A stretch of 64,000 nt of DNA from NCBI RefSeq assembly GCF_964213995.1, contig NW_027590185.1, forward strand, positions 310,001 through 374,000. Reading direction: 5' to 3'. The translations under genes and the position numbers were made by a program. A model generated the notes under the pieces. The model was not told the DNA's origin. It ran no database searches and was given only the letters and a program-made list of their open reading frames with translations. Source of the stretch: Mustelus asterias. Lineage: Eukaryota. Below, in pieces: positions 36,138 to 48,675 of the stretch (positions are counted from its first letter, which is position 1; the number at the start of each line of letters is the position of its first letter).

Positions 36138-36896
36138 ATGGAGAAACCATGGAAATGTGTGGACTGTGGGAAGGGATGCAGAACCCCATCTCAGCTGGAA
36201 GCTCATCGGCGCAACCACACTGGGGAGAGGCCGTTCATCTGCTCTCAGTGTGGGGAGGGATTCACTCGGTCAACCAACCTGCAGTCACACCAGCGAGTTC
36301 ACACTGGGGAGAGACCATTCACCTGCTCTCAGTGTGGGCAGGGATTCATTCAGTTCTGCAGCCTGCAGACACACCAGCGAGTTCACACTGGAGAGAGGCC
36401 ATTCACCTGCTCTCAGTGTGGGAAGGGATTCACTCGGTCATCCCACCTGCAGAGACACCAGCGAGTTCACACTGGGGAGAGTCCATTCACCTGCTCTCAG
36501 TGTGGGAAGGGATTCACTCAGCCATCCCACCTGCAGAGACACCAACGCATTCACACTGGGGAGAGGCCGTTCACCTGCTCTCAGTGTGGGAAGGGATTCA
36601 CTCAGTCATCCAACCTGCGGACACACGAACGAGTTCACACTGGGGAGAGACCGTTCACCTGCTCTCAGTGTGGGCAAGAATTCACTCAGTTATGCACCCT
36701 GCAGACACACCAGCTAGTTCACACTGGGGAGAGGCCATTCACCTGTTCTCAGTGTGGGAAGGGATTCACTCGGTCATCCACCCTGCGGACGCACCAGCGA
36801 GTTCACACTGGGGAGAGTCCGTTCACCTGCTCTCAGTGTGGGAAGGGTTTCAGCGTTTCATCCCAGCTGCTGAGACATCAACAGGTTCACGAGTGA
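36138..36896 (+). CDS. C2H2 zinc-finger protein, 9 fingers; close paralog of the 14.8 kb gene
   Basis: ACCATGG start at 36138; coding exon acceptor ends at 35786; UTRs align with 14570-15970 reverse complement. Confidence 0.85.
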   Translation: MEKPWKCVDCGKGCRTPSQLEAHRRNHTGERPFICSQCGEGFTRSTNLQSHQRVHTGERPFTCSQCGQGFIQFCSLQTHQRVHTGERPFTCSQCGKGFTRSSHLQRHQRVHTGESPFTCSQCGKGFTQPSHLQRHQRIHTGERPFTCSQCGKGFTQSSNLRTHERVHTGERPFTCSQCGQEFTQLCTLQTHQLVHTGERPFTCSQCGKGFTRSSTLRTHQRVHTGESPFTCSQCGKGFSVSSQLLRHQQVHE

Positions 36897-37149
36897 TGAC
36901 AGTGGTTGGATTCTGCTGTTATTGTTTCTGCTCTCAATTACATCCAGGATTGCATTTTGTTCATTCTCACAGTTGGTCAATGGGAAGGGTCAGAGGGTTT
37001 CTTTGTGCTGGACTGGCTGGTCTCAGCCTCCAGTGGGCTGATGCTCTTTGAGTCTTTTTGTGAATACCTGATTTCAAATGTCACAAGGATCACAGAGTGA
37101 CAGGGTGTTAGGAAGTTTAGAGATATTTAGTCAGAAGAAAACAGAGGTT

Positions 37150-38135
37150 CGCAGTGCAAAGGTACATTTCTGAATGGAGGGCTGTGACAAGTGACATTCC
37201 TCAGGGATCAGTGCTGGGACTTTTGCTGTTTGTAATATATGTAAATGATTTGGAGGAAAATGTAACTGGTTTGATTGGTAAGTTTGTGGACGACACAAAG
37301 GTTGGTGGATTTGCGGATAGCGATGGGGACCGGCAGAGGATACAGCAGGATAGAGATCAGTTGGAGACTTGGGCGGAGAGATGGCAGATGAAGTTTAATC
37401 CGGAAAAATGTGAGGTAATGCATTTTGGAAGGTCGAATACAGATGGGAAATATACAGTAAATGGCAGAACCCTGAAGAGTATTCATAGGCAGAGGCATCT
37501 GGGTGTGCAGGTACACAGGTCATTGAAAGTGGCAATGCAGGTGGAGAAGATAATCAAGAAGGCATATGGCATGCTTGCCTTCATCGGCCGGGGCATTGAG
37601 TTTAAAAATTGGCAAGTCTTGTTGCAGCTTTATGGAACCTTAGTTAGACCGCACTTGGAATCTAGCGTTCAATTCTGGTCACCACACTACCAGAAGGACG
37701 TGGAGGCTTTGGAGAGGGTACGGAAAATATTTATCAGGATGTTGCCCGGTGTGGAGGGCATTAGCTATCAGGAGAGGTTGGAGAAACTTGGTTTGTTCTC
37801 ACTGGAACGACGGAGGTTGAGGAGGGCGACCTGATAGAAGTCTACAAAATTATGAGGGGCATGGACAGAGTGGATAGTCAGAAGCTTTTTCCCAGGGTGG
37901 AAGAGTCAATTACTCGGGGCATGGGTTTAAGGTGCGAGGGGAACTCCACCAGGCTCGTAAGGCACGATCTGCCCTTGACAAAGCCATGCTGAGTATTCTT
38001 GAGCATACTAAACCTCTCTAAATGCTCATATATCCTGTCCCTCAGGATCTTCTCCATCAGTTTACCAACCACTGAGGTTAGACTCACTGGTCGGTAATTA
38101 CCTGGGCTATCCCTATTCCCCTTCTTGAAAATAGG
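37150..38135. mobile_element. CR1 RT fragments: plus 37150-37940 abutting inverted 37940-38135
   Basis: PQGSVLG..FVDDTKVGG..WQMKFN in ORF 37154; GNYRPVSLTS..QHGFVKGRSCLT on the minus strand. Confidence 0.8.
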
Positions 38136-39799
38136 ACTAAAACCTCTCAAAAGTTTGAATATCACTATTAAATCTTTCCTTAACCTTTCTTGCTCTATAG
38201 AGTGCAATTCCAGCTTCTCTAATCTCTCCATATGGATTATCCATCCTGAGGTCCCTAGTATCACAGATGCCCATCTTCAGCCAATTCGATTCACTTCAAG
38301 GGATATCAATCACCAGCTGAAGGCAATGGATAAGGAAAAATCCAAACTGGCCAACTGCCCTCCAATGTCTCTCGTCTCGATCATCAGCAAAATGATGGAA
38401 GATGTTGTTGCCAACGGTGCGATCAAGCAGCATTTATAGCAACAACCTGCTCACTGATGCTCATTTTGGGTTCCACCGAGGACCACTCACCTCCTGCCTC
38501 ATTTACAGCCTTTGTCCAAACATGGACAAAAGAGTTGAACTGGGTGATGTTGGAGTGATTGCCATTGACATCAAGACAGCATTTGACTGTGCGTGGCATC
38601 AAGCAACCCGATTAACATTGAAGTCAATGGGAATCAGGGGGAAACTCTCCACCGGCGAGAGCCACATCCCGCACAGAGGAGGGTGATCGCGGTTGTTGGA
38701 GGCCAATCATCTCAGCCCTAGGGTAGTGTCCTCGGCCCATCCATCCTCAGTTGCTCCACCAATGACCCTCCCCCCATCATAAAGTCGAAAGCGGAGCTGT
38801 TCATTGATAATTACAGTCCTCATGGCTGAGAATGATACCAGGGATGAGGAATTTTTTTATTCTTTCAGGGGATGTGAATGTGGCGGCAAGGCCAACATTC
38901 ATTGTGCATCACTAATTGCCCTTGTGAAGAAAGTGAGCCAATTTCCTGAATCACGGCAATGCATCTGGTGTAGGTATACCCACAACGCTGTTAGGGAGTT
39001 CCAGGAATTTGATGCAGTGACAGAGAAGGAATGGTGATTGATTTTCAAGTCAGAATGGTATGTGATGTGGAGTACAATTTGCAGATGGTGGCATTCCCAA
39101 ACGCTGGCTGCACTTGTTTTTCAAGTGGTAGAAGTTAGGGTTTGGAACATGCTGTGAAAACAGCCTTGGTGATTTCTTGCAGTGCATCTAATATGTGGGA
39201 TACACTGCCACCACTGTGGGCTAATGGTGGAGAGTGAATGTTTAAGGTGGTATTTGAGATGCTGATCAGGCGAGCTACTTTGTCCTGGATAGGATCTACA
39301 AAATTGTTGCAGATACACTCATCCAGGTAGGGAATATTCCACCTTACTCCCGATTTATACCTTGTGAATCATGGCAAGCCTTTGGGGAGTCATTAAGTGA
39401 GTAACCTGCCACAAAACTCCCAACCTCTGATCTGCTCCTGTAACCACAGTATTTAAATGACTGGTCAATGGTAACCCCAAAGTTATTGCTGGTGGGACAT
39501 TCACTGATGGTAATGCCATTGAATATCAAGGGAAGATGGTTAGATTTTCTTGCTGGAAATAGATATTTCCTGATAATTATGTGGTATCAGTATGAATTGA
39601 CAATCAGCTCCAACCTGAATATTGTCCTGGTCCTGCGCTGCATGCGGGCAGCTTCAGTATTCAGAGTTGTGAATGGTAATATACACTGCAATCATCAGTG
39701 AACATCCCCGTTTCCCACCCTACGGTGGGGAGACGGTAATTAATGAAGCCGCTGAAAATGATTAGGCCCAGGAGACATGAGGAACAACAAAATATATTT

Positions 39800-40260
39800 A
39801 TATAGCGCCTTAAAGTAATAAAACATCCAGGGAGCATTGTAAAATAAAGTATGATATTGAGCCACAAAGAAGATATTAGGTTAGATGACCAAAGGTTTGG
39901 TCAAAGTGATAGATTTTAAGGGGTGTGTTAAAGGTGTAAAGCGAGGTGGAGAGTTGGAGACGTGTAGGGATGGTATTCCAGAGGTTGGAGCCTAAGCAAC
40001 TGAAGGTAGAGCTTGCAATGGTGAAGCAAGGTCAGGGACAAACTAAAGACCAGAATTAGAGCAGTGTAATATATTGAGGGTTGTGAGGCTTATAGGAGAT
40101 TATAGATATTGGGACAGGCAAGGTCATGGAGTGATTTGAAACCAAGGATGAGAATTTTAATATTAAGTTGTTGCTTTACTGGGTGGATCATCGTGCACGA
40201 GGGTGATAGTGGAATAACACTTAATGTGAGTTTAAACATGGCCAGCAGAGTTTTAGATGA
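39800..40260 (-). mobile_element. L2 LINE 3' fragment
   Basis: IKILILGFKSLHDLACPNI resembles the L2 FKILLL.FK.LHGLAP.YL motif. Confidence 0.55.
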
Positions 40261-41344
40261 ACCCTGCAGTGACCCTTGCAGTGATGACTGACCTCCAACA
40301 ACCACAGCCATTCTCGTCTGTCCCTGGTATATCCCCAACCGGTGGAGAGTTCCCCCCTGAATCCCACTGCCTCCAACCCTGTGGTCCCTTTCTGCCACAC
40401 TCAGTCAAATGATGTCTTGATGGATTTTCTTTGTTCTTCATTCTGTTTGGAACCCCCCAATGTCCATCCAATTTCCTTTGTAATTGTTTATTGTCTCCAC
40501 TTCCTCCACCCTCGTAGGCCGCGAGTTCCAGGTCATTACCATTCGCTGCATCAGAATATTCTTCCTAACATCTCCCCCCCCCCACTCCTCCCCTTGCATC
40601 TCTGACCCAAAACAAGGAATCTGTGCCCCCTCGTCCTTGTCCCATCAGCTAATGGGAACAGCTTTTCTTTGTCCACCTTTCTAAACCTGTCAGAATCTTG
40701 TCCACCTCTATCAAATCTCCCCTCAACATCCTTTGCTCCAAGGAGAACAACCCCAGCCTGACATTGACAATAAAGAACAAACCAACAGAATATGTTACTG
40801 TCTGGAATCAAATGGGAATGTTTAATTTCTGTTTTAAAGATATTGTGAATATATTGTCCTGGACAATAAAGGAATCAGCTACAACTGAGCAAGAAGAAGA
40901 CAGTTTCAATGTGGAATTGAGTGGAATATTCTCTCTGGATTTAAACAATGGAGGAACTACAAACATGGAAGAAAATAAATTTCAAAATGTGAACTCTGTA
41001 CAGACTGTTTTCAAAATAGAACTTGAAAATTCACAAATGAACAGCAATGAAGACTCTCCTTTTGCAGGAGGAACTTTGGACTATAATTATTGTAAAAAGA
41101 AAACTTTCAGAAAAGACTGCAAGCAGTAATTTCCATCTTCAGTGGACTGAGATTCCTGGACATGGAACCCAGCAGTGTGCTGTTACCAAGCTGGACTTGT
41201 GAATGTGAAGTGGACAATGGAGGGATTATTATGTCTATTGCAGGTTATAAGATAGATCAACAGAGGAAAACAGTGGACTTATGAACAGGAGGAGGCCATT
41301 TGGCCCTTCGAGCCTGCTCCACCATTCAATAAGATCATGGCTGT

Positions 41345-42546
41345 TGTTAAGATATACAGCATGTTATATATTGTAATATTCTAAATGGGATATTATGAAG
41401 GTGATACATTTCCATTTCTTCCTGTTTTTGTTACAGAAATCTAATTTCATAATTCCTATGTTTTAGAAATATGAATTAGTTGCAAGAATTGCTTTTAAAA
41501 AATGGAAAACCTGGATTGAGAATCTGACAAAAACACCCTCAGGGAATTCGCAGTCACAAAGCATGGCCCATGTTGGTTTAAGAAGTCAAAACTCGAGAGG
41601 TAAGAACTGTAAAAGGTCAGCTGGATCTTTTAGCTGGAGACATTGGGACTGACAATTATTGTACTGTTTTTGTTAGGTGAATTCTTCATGAAGACCTCAG
41701 GAAAAAGGTTTAGTTTTGAAGCTAAATATCTGTCAGATATTCCACCTGGTCTCTGTTACCATGGGGATATGTGATTCAGGGTGGAGCCTTGGTTAGAATT
41801 AGACCATAAGATATAGGAGCAGAATTAGGCTATTCGGCCCATCAAATCTGCTGTGTCATTCGATCATGGCTGATAAATCTCAATCCCATCCTCCTGCCTT
41901 TTCCCCGTAACCTTTTGAGTCCTTTCCAATCAATGACCTGGTTCCAGCGGACAGTCTGCAGTTAGCTTGGAAGCCACCACTTGTGGGACCAGGAGCTGTG
42001 AACCAGCTGTGGGACTAGAAGCCTAGAGGACCATTAGAAACCAGGGGTGTTTCCAACATTTAAATCCGTCAGCAAGAATGCAGTGAAGCCCATGTTTGGA
42101 CTGAGGAGTCCACAGTTTGAGAGCTTAAAGGAAAATTGGAGGCTTGTTTCGTGAAACGATAATGGATGGACTCCCATAAACTCTTGGAGCTTGGAGAATA
42201 CCTGGAGTACTGGGGAGAATTAAAGTGAATTGTGGAGAGCTTTGACATACCTTTGGGATGGTCCTAGGGATGGTTCCTAGGAACAGAAGTGAATGAACCT
42301 TCAAGATATTGTTAAGTATAAAGAAACTCTTGGGGTGAGGTAAAAAAATGGAACTAGGTTTATATCATAAATCTTTATTGAGTGTAGTATTCAATTTGTA
42401 GTGTTGTCTTTTTAAATTTTATTTAAACATACAATAAAGTTTGTTTTTGTTTAACAATGTGGAATCTTGTGATGTAATTCTTTCAGTTAATCACTGGGTG
42501 TTCGAATTTCTCTGCAAACGTTAACAGTCCTGACCGGGATCGCAAA
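41345..42546. mobile_element. Probable solo LTR related to 27794-29074, with an internal CR1 tail
   Basis: Starts TGTT, ends GGGATCGCAA (cf. GGGATCGTAACA); AATAAA near the end; TSD not clear. Confidence 0.45.
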
Positions 42547-43064
42547 AATTCACACAAACAGTGTTTCAAAACAAATCGAAGAGAAAGATGTTTTTTCTTC
42601 TTCAGTCCAAACGTTACACATGAAGAAACCCTCTTCTGGTATCTCCAATAATTTGTTGCTTCGAGCAATTCTTTTCATGGAACAATCAGATAATTGATGA
42701 TTGAAAATGGAACTAATTGTATCCCTTTAAAGCAGGAGGGCGATTGCCCGGCACAGAGGGGAATTAGGGATTTCTCCCATAGACCAATTGACAGGGATTC
42801 TACCCTCCAACCACCTGAAGTGAATTCTTTACATGAATCATCCGTGCCAGTGCAGTTATCAACTTGCAGTTTGGCTGATCAGAAAATGCTTTGTTGCTGA
42901 TTTTCCTTGTGTTAGGAAGTGACAATGCCAAGGCCAGATCTTGTTTCCTCCTTGATCGGGATGTAACCCGTGTCCACATCGCCACTTCATTCTTCCACTG
43001 GTTGTATGGTTCAGTCTCCGAGAGCATCAGCAGGTAATCAGACCCTGACAATTCCCACTGCCTT

Positions 43065-45190
43065 TCAGTCATTTCTCACAAAAGCTTGAGTGAATCCCCT
43101 CCCACACTCGGAGCAGATGAATGGCCTCGGCCCAGTGTGAATGCGTTGGTTTGTCAGCGGGAGGGATGAGTGAGTGAATCCCTTCCCACGCTTTGAGCAG
43201 GGGAACAGTCCCTCACCCGTGTGAAATCGCTGGTGGTTCTGCAGGGTAGATGACTGAGTGAATCCCTTTCCACACACACAACAGGTGAATGGTCTCTCCC
43301 CATTGTGAACCCGCTGGTGTGTCAGCAGGGCAGACGAATCGCTGAATTTCTTCCCACACTCAGAGCAGGTGAATGGCCTCTCCTGATGTGAAGTCGCTGG
43401 TGATTCCTCAGGGTGGATGAATCACGAAATCCCCTTCCAAACTCAGAGCAGGTGAACGGTGTCTCCACAGTGAGGCTGCATCGAAGGGTTTCCAGCTTCG
43501 AGGGACAATTGAATCCCTTCCCACAGTCCCTACATTTCCATGGTCTGCGTGTCTTTGTAATCTCCAGGTTCAGATGAAGGTTTGACCCCACAGATAACAC
43601 GTACATGGTCTCTCTCCTCACTGTGAATCCTTCAATCTTTTCCAGGCTGTGTAACTGGTTAAAGCTCTTTCCACAGTCAGTTCACTGGAATACTCTCACT
43701 CAAGTGAATGTGTCTCAGTGATTTTCCAGTCACACTGATGTTTAAACAGTTTGAAGGAAAAGACAAACATTTTCCATTCTAGTTTCAAATGTCGATGGTA
43801 TTCAGATCCTGAATAATTGTGTGACTCTGTCAGATCCTAACGTCATGTTTGTTGAGATTTGTGTCTGTAAATTCTCCCCTTCTAATAGCCTGTGAAAGAA
43901 ATTCACAAAAATCATTGCTGTCAGTACAGGATAAAAACTCAGAACAGACAATTCTAGTTTCTGTGGAACATTCTTTCCTCTCATTCTTGAAAATTTGTAA
44001 ATCTCCATCCCAAACACTCTCCCTCCATTCTCACTTTGCTGGACCTGAAATAGACATTGTCCTGAGAGTGCTGATTCATCCTAATCGACAGATCCATGCT
44101 GACTGTTTCATGTACAGGACACATATTCCTGAAATCTTCACACAGGCTTGTGTCCAAGCATATAAAAAATTTGCATATTTAGTGAACTAAAAATGTATGC
44201 AATATTCAGAACTCTATTACAAGATTAGAGATACAGATGGGTGCGGAAGAACTTGACATGGGAGCAAGCAATCATGTTCTGGAACTCACTGACGATGAGA
44301 GTGGTGGAAGTGGAGACGACCAGTGATTTCAAAATAAAATTGGTCGGGCACTTGAAGGAATTAAACGTACTGGGGAACAGGGATATCGAGGAAAAATGGC
44401 ACTGAGTGGATTCCCCGACAGAGACTTGGCATGGACTCAAGCTGCTGAATTGATTTATCTTGTGCTCTGCTGACTCTTTAACTGGAAAATATACAGTGTA
44501 GTTACAATACTATTCTGGAATTAAACAACATCAACTGTAATACAAATCCATAAATAACATACCTAATATGCACCATATTGTAAGACGTCTCACAACACCA
44601 GGTTAAAGTCCAACAGGTTTATTTGGAATCACAAGCTTTCACAGCGCTGCCCCTTCATCACGTGAGAAGGAGCAGCGCTCTGAAAGCTCGTGATTCCAAA
44701 TAAACCTGTTGGACTTTAACCAGGTGATGTGAGACTTCTTACTGTGCCCACCCCAGTCCAACACCGGCATCTCTACATCATATGCACCATATAACAACAC
44801 CAGACATATCAATGTTTTTACGATCCTCATGGTCACCTTATAATAAACAAATTCCCACAAATCCCAAGGGAATAAACTGAAAGACAATGTTTTATTTATT
44901 AAATTTTTACTTTAAAAAATAATCTAAAATTATCACAACTGAATCATTCATTAAGAAACAGTATTTGAATAGACAGGATAAATTACACTTTAAAAAGCTC
45001 AGACAATAAAAACAGGTTCCACAAAATCACAAACATTTTCCCCCTCAGCATATTTAGCTCTAATTCCAGTTCCAGAGAATTTCTCTGTCTCTGTATTTCC
45101 CAGGGGACGAAAGAAAGTATTTTCCTCACAGATGTTGGCCAGAGGAGAAAGTTTGAGTCTGTGTGTGAAGCTAAAAACAGAAGCTGAGCT
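43065..45190 (-). pseudogene. Zinc-finger pseudogene (exon 1 ~45130-45190, exon 2 ~44050-44120, finger exon 43065-43890)
   Basis: Frameshifted finger remnants in ORFs 43065-43277 and 43322-43621; homologous leader; promoter position occupied by CR1 fragment ~45250-45790. Confidence 0.8.
44579..44779. mobile_element. 200-bp PLE-derived hairpin element with 13-bp TSD
   Basis: ATATGCACCATAT at 44566-44578 and 44780-44792; inverted pLTR ends meet at hammerhead remnants; paralogous empty site at ~16770-16795. Confidence 0.85.
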
Positions 45191-46857
45191 GTTTCAAATC
45201 AAACTGCGGGACTTGGAAGAAAATGATGGGAAGAGATTTTGCAATCCTCCCATGCAGCGTACTCCAGACTGTCACCACCCTCTGGGTAAACAGGTTTTCC
45301 TCACATTCCCCCGAAACCTCCTGCCCCTCACCTTGAACCTATTTCGCCTTGTGACTGACCCTTCAATGAAGGGGAATAGCTGCTCTTTATCCACTCTGTC
45401 CGTGTATCTCATAATCTTGTACACCTCGATCAGGTCGCCCCTCAGTTTTCTCTGCTCCAACGAAAACAAGCCAAGCCTACCCAACCTTGCTTCATAACTT
45501 AAATGTTCTATCCCAGGTAGTATCCTGGTAAATATCTTCTGCACCCCCTGCATTGCAATCACATCCTTCCGAGAATGTGGCGACCTGAACTGCACACGGT
45601 ACTCAAGCTGTGGCCTCACCAAAGTTCTGCACAGTTCCAACATGAGTTCCATGCTTTTGCAACCTATGTCATGATTGACAAAGTGAAGTGTCACGTATGC
45701 CCTTTTCACCACCCTACTAACATACCCTTCCTCTTTCAGACATCTGTGGACAAACACGCCAAGTTCCCTTCGTTCCACAGAACACAAACTACCAAACTTG
45801 ATGGTCACGTTCTTAACGAGGTCAACACGTTGATTATCAGCCTGTAAATCCTTTCGGTATTGCTGATGGCAGGTGATGGGAACGGAACCGATACCTGGTC
45901 AACAATACTGCAGAAGTCAATGACAGACCGCTGGAGTACTTTGAAATCACAGAGCGATCAAATGGACATCCATGGTCACCAATGCCCTCTTGGGGCATGG
46001 TAACTGGAAGAGGAGGAGGTGGACGACACAAGAGGCTTAGAGAGTGGACTCTATAAATCAATGTCACTCGGCAATCTGGATAACCAGGTTTGCGCAACGT
46101 TTCTCAGCAATAAACAAACCTTCTTAAAAATAACGGTGTCCAATGATCCTTATTTGTTAACCAACAAAACCACAGTCTTCCATTATAAGTTAATGTATGT
46201 ACTTGAAACTTTGATTAAATTAACCCGTCAGCCCTGCTTCGATAGCACCTTCGAAATCCGGAATCTCTTTCATCTCTAAGGAGAAGAGGAACAGATGCAC
46301 GGGAACACCACATTCTGCGGCACCACTTCAAGCCACACACCATCCTCATTTTGAACCATATCGCCGTTCCTTGCGTCAAAATTCTGGAAATCGTTTTCTG
46401 CTTAGGATTACAGGCAGAGGACAACCAATTAGAAAAGTATGGAAGGAGAAATGAAAGAAAGTGAGACATTACGAGTGCGAAATACAAAGCCAACTGATGG
46501 GGGGAGGACAGAAAGGAAGAGATTCAGAAATGACACAGAATGCACTGTTCTTTCAATTTATTTATATTTCCCTCGCGTCTGTTTACATAGTTGAATTGTT
46601 TGAAAACACGTCTCTCAATAAAAGACCGCTGGAGTCTGCCCATCGACAACCTTGCACTGGCAGACAGTGTCACGTACCCTGAGTCACCGTCAGAGGGCGC
46701 AGTCGTCACATGTTTCTCCAAACTTGAAATGACACGGACAATGTCTCTGGTACCATTGGCATACCGTTGCTATTGGCAACAAAGTCCACAGTCTATTTTT
46801 TCTGCTCTGTGTCGCCCCCTCTCTCTGGCCTACCTCACGTGTCCTGCATTACTAAAT

Positions 46858-47070
46858 GAGCGGCACGGTGGCACAGTGGTTATCATTGCTGCCTTACAGC
46901 GCAAGGAACCCAGATACAATTCCGGCCTTGGATGACTGTCTGTGCGGAGTTTGCACGTTCTCTCCGTGTCTACCTGGGTATTCTCCAGATGCTACGGTTT
47001 CCTCCCACAGTCCAAAAATTTGCAGGTTAGGTGCATTGGTCATGCTAAATTGCCCCTTAGTGTTACGGGG
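46858..47070 (+). mobile_element. V-SINE/HE1-like SINE
   Basis: CGGCACGGTGGCACAGTGGTT tRNA head plus V-domain. Confidence 0.75.
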
Positions 47071-47890
47071 ATTTTTTCCGAACTGTAGTCATAGACTCGG
47101 GGAGAAGGAAGCAGAACCACAACCGACCTCTCCTCATCAATTTTCTCACTTCTCACTTAGCGTTTCCTTCCCAATTGAAAGTAAAGAATATGCTGTTCTC
47201 CTGACCGCTGTAACTCAGGCATTGCCATTATTCAAATGATATGAACTCTTTTTTAAAATTATTAATTGGACGTCGGTGACAAGACAATATTTCTGTCCAT
47301 CACGTTTTGTCCTCGAACCGGGCTGGGATATTTGAGAGTTCGTTATATTGTTGTTATTCTGCAATCACACACATTCCAGGCCTCGCTCGGATGGCATATT
47401 TCCTTCCACAAAGTGCATTAGTGAACTAGGTGGATTTGCAGTGAAAGCGTTCCAGCACCATCAATGCGACGAGCTTTCAATATCAATTCATCACATTTAA
47501 ATATAACCTTGACTTTTCTAAATTTAAATTTTGACCATTTTTCTCCAAAATCGAATTGAAATATAACGATTTGATATGGTGGGATTTGAACTAATTTTCC
47601 CAAAGCATTATTCTGGGCCCTTGAACTACTTGTCCAGTGACCCCCATGTTGATAATAATTAATAAGAAAAAGCGCAAGTTCTTAAAGTTGACTCTTCCCA
47701 GTACATTATATCAGAATGGGATCACAACCACACAGTGCATCGTGTTGTCTCTGAGTGGACCTTTGAAGAAACGGCAATGTCACAATTAGCTGCACCATGA
47801 CAATTTCATATCCTAACCCTGCTGATTTCAGACAGTAAGAAGTCTCACAACACTAGGTTAAAGTCCAACAGGTTTATTTGGTAGCAAATA

Positions 47891-47927
47891 CCATAAGCTT
47901 TCGGAGCACAGCTCCTTCGTCAGATGG
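47891..47927 (-). ncRNA. Intact-looking minimal hammerhead ribozyme in a PLE fragment (~47833-47955)
   Basis: CCAU-CUGACGA-A-GGAGC-UGU-GCUCC-GAAA-GC-UU-AUGG: perfect stems I and II, complete core. Confidence 0.75.
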
Positions 47928-48675
47928 AGTGGATATCTGTTCTCCAACAGTGCATGGCCAGCTTTCAGGACAGCACCCACAGTACACGCTTTACATTATC
48001 TCAGGAATAATATACAGGCAACTAGACTTCATTGATTGATTTCTCTGTACCTTCAGTAAAACAAAGAAGATTGCATGGTATTCACAGCCCATCCACCGAT
48101 AACTCAACATTCGAACATAAAAATTAGACTGCCTGCAAATCTGCTCTAACATTCAGTCAGATTACAGTTCATCTGATTTTCCGTTTAAATCCACTTTTCT
48201 GCCTTGATCTTCTTGAACCGTGGCATACATTTTAGTTAAAATGTTGGTTTCACTCAGTTTTAAAATTATTCAGTGGCCCACAGCCTCCACCGTTCTCTGG
48301 ACTCTCACTGAGTCTCAGGCACTAATGCTTGGATGCTAAGATTAAGAGAATATGCACAGAACATTGATTGGAAATCCACCAAATGTATCAACACTCCTTG
48401 CTCCTCCGTTCCAATAACAAAATGAAGGTTTTTTTCTTGACATCCCGTTTCCAAAGCGGAACAATTCGCCCAACAGTGACACCGAATGTAGTACAGGTCG
48501 GGGAGCTTCTATTCACTGATAGTCATCTGAGCAATTACCAATCTCAGGGTGCCACTGGCGAGACACGGAACTGAGGCATGAGCCTCTGAGAAATGTCGTC
48601 AGATTATTAAGGGTGGGGATTTAGAATGGGTGTCTTCAAATAACCAATTCCGCCTTCACAGAGCGGACAGAAACA

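Noticed and set aside
36200-36880. Regular 84-bp repeats with variable segments, superficially CRISPR-like
   Set aside because: They are C2H2 finger codons in a eukaryotic gene; no cas genes
40698-41129. 143-aa ORF
   Set aside because: Begins in antisense CR1 and ZNF 3' UTR sequence, non-ATG start, no recognisable domain
45860-46020. Possible exon
   Set aside because: One frame reads KWTSMVTNALLGHGN followed by a GA-rich tail, more like an old RTE LINE 3' end
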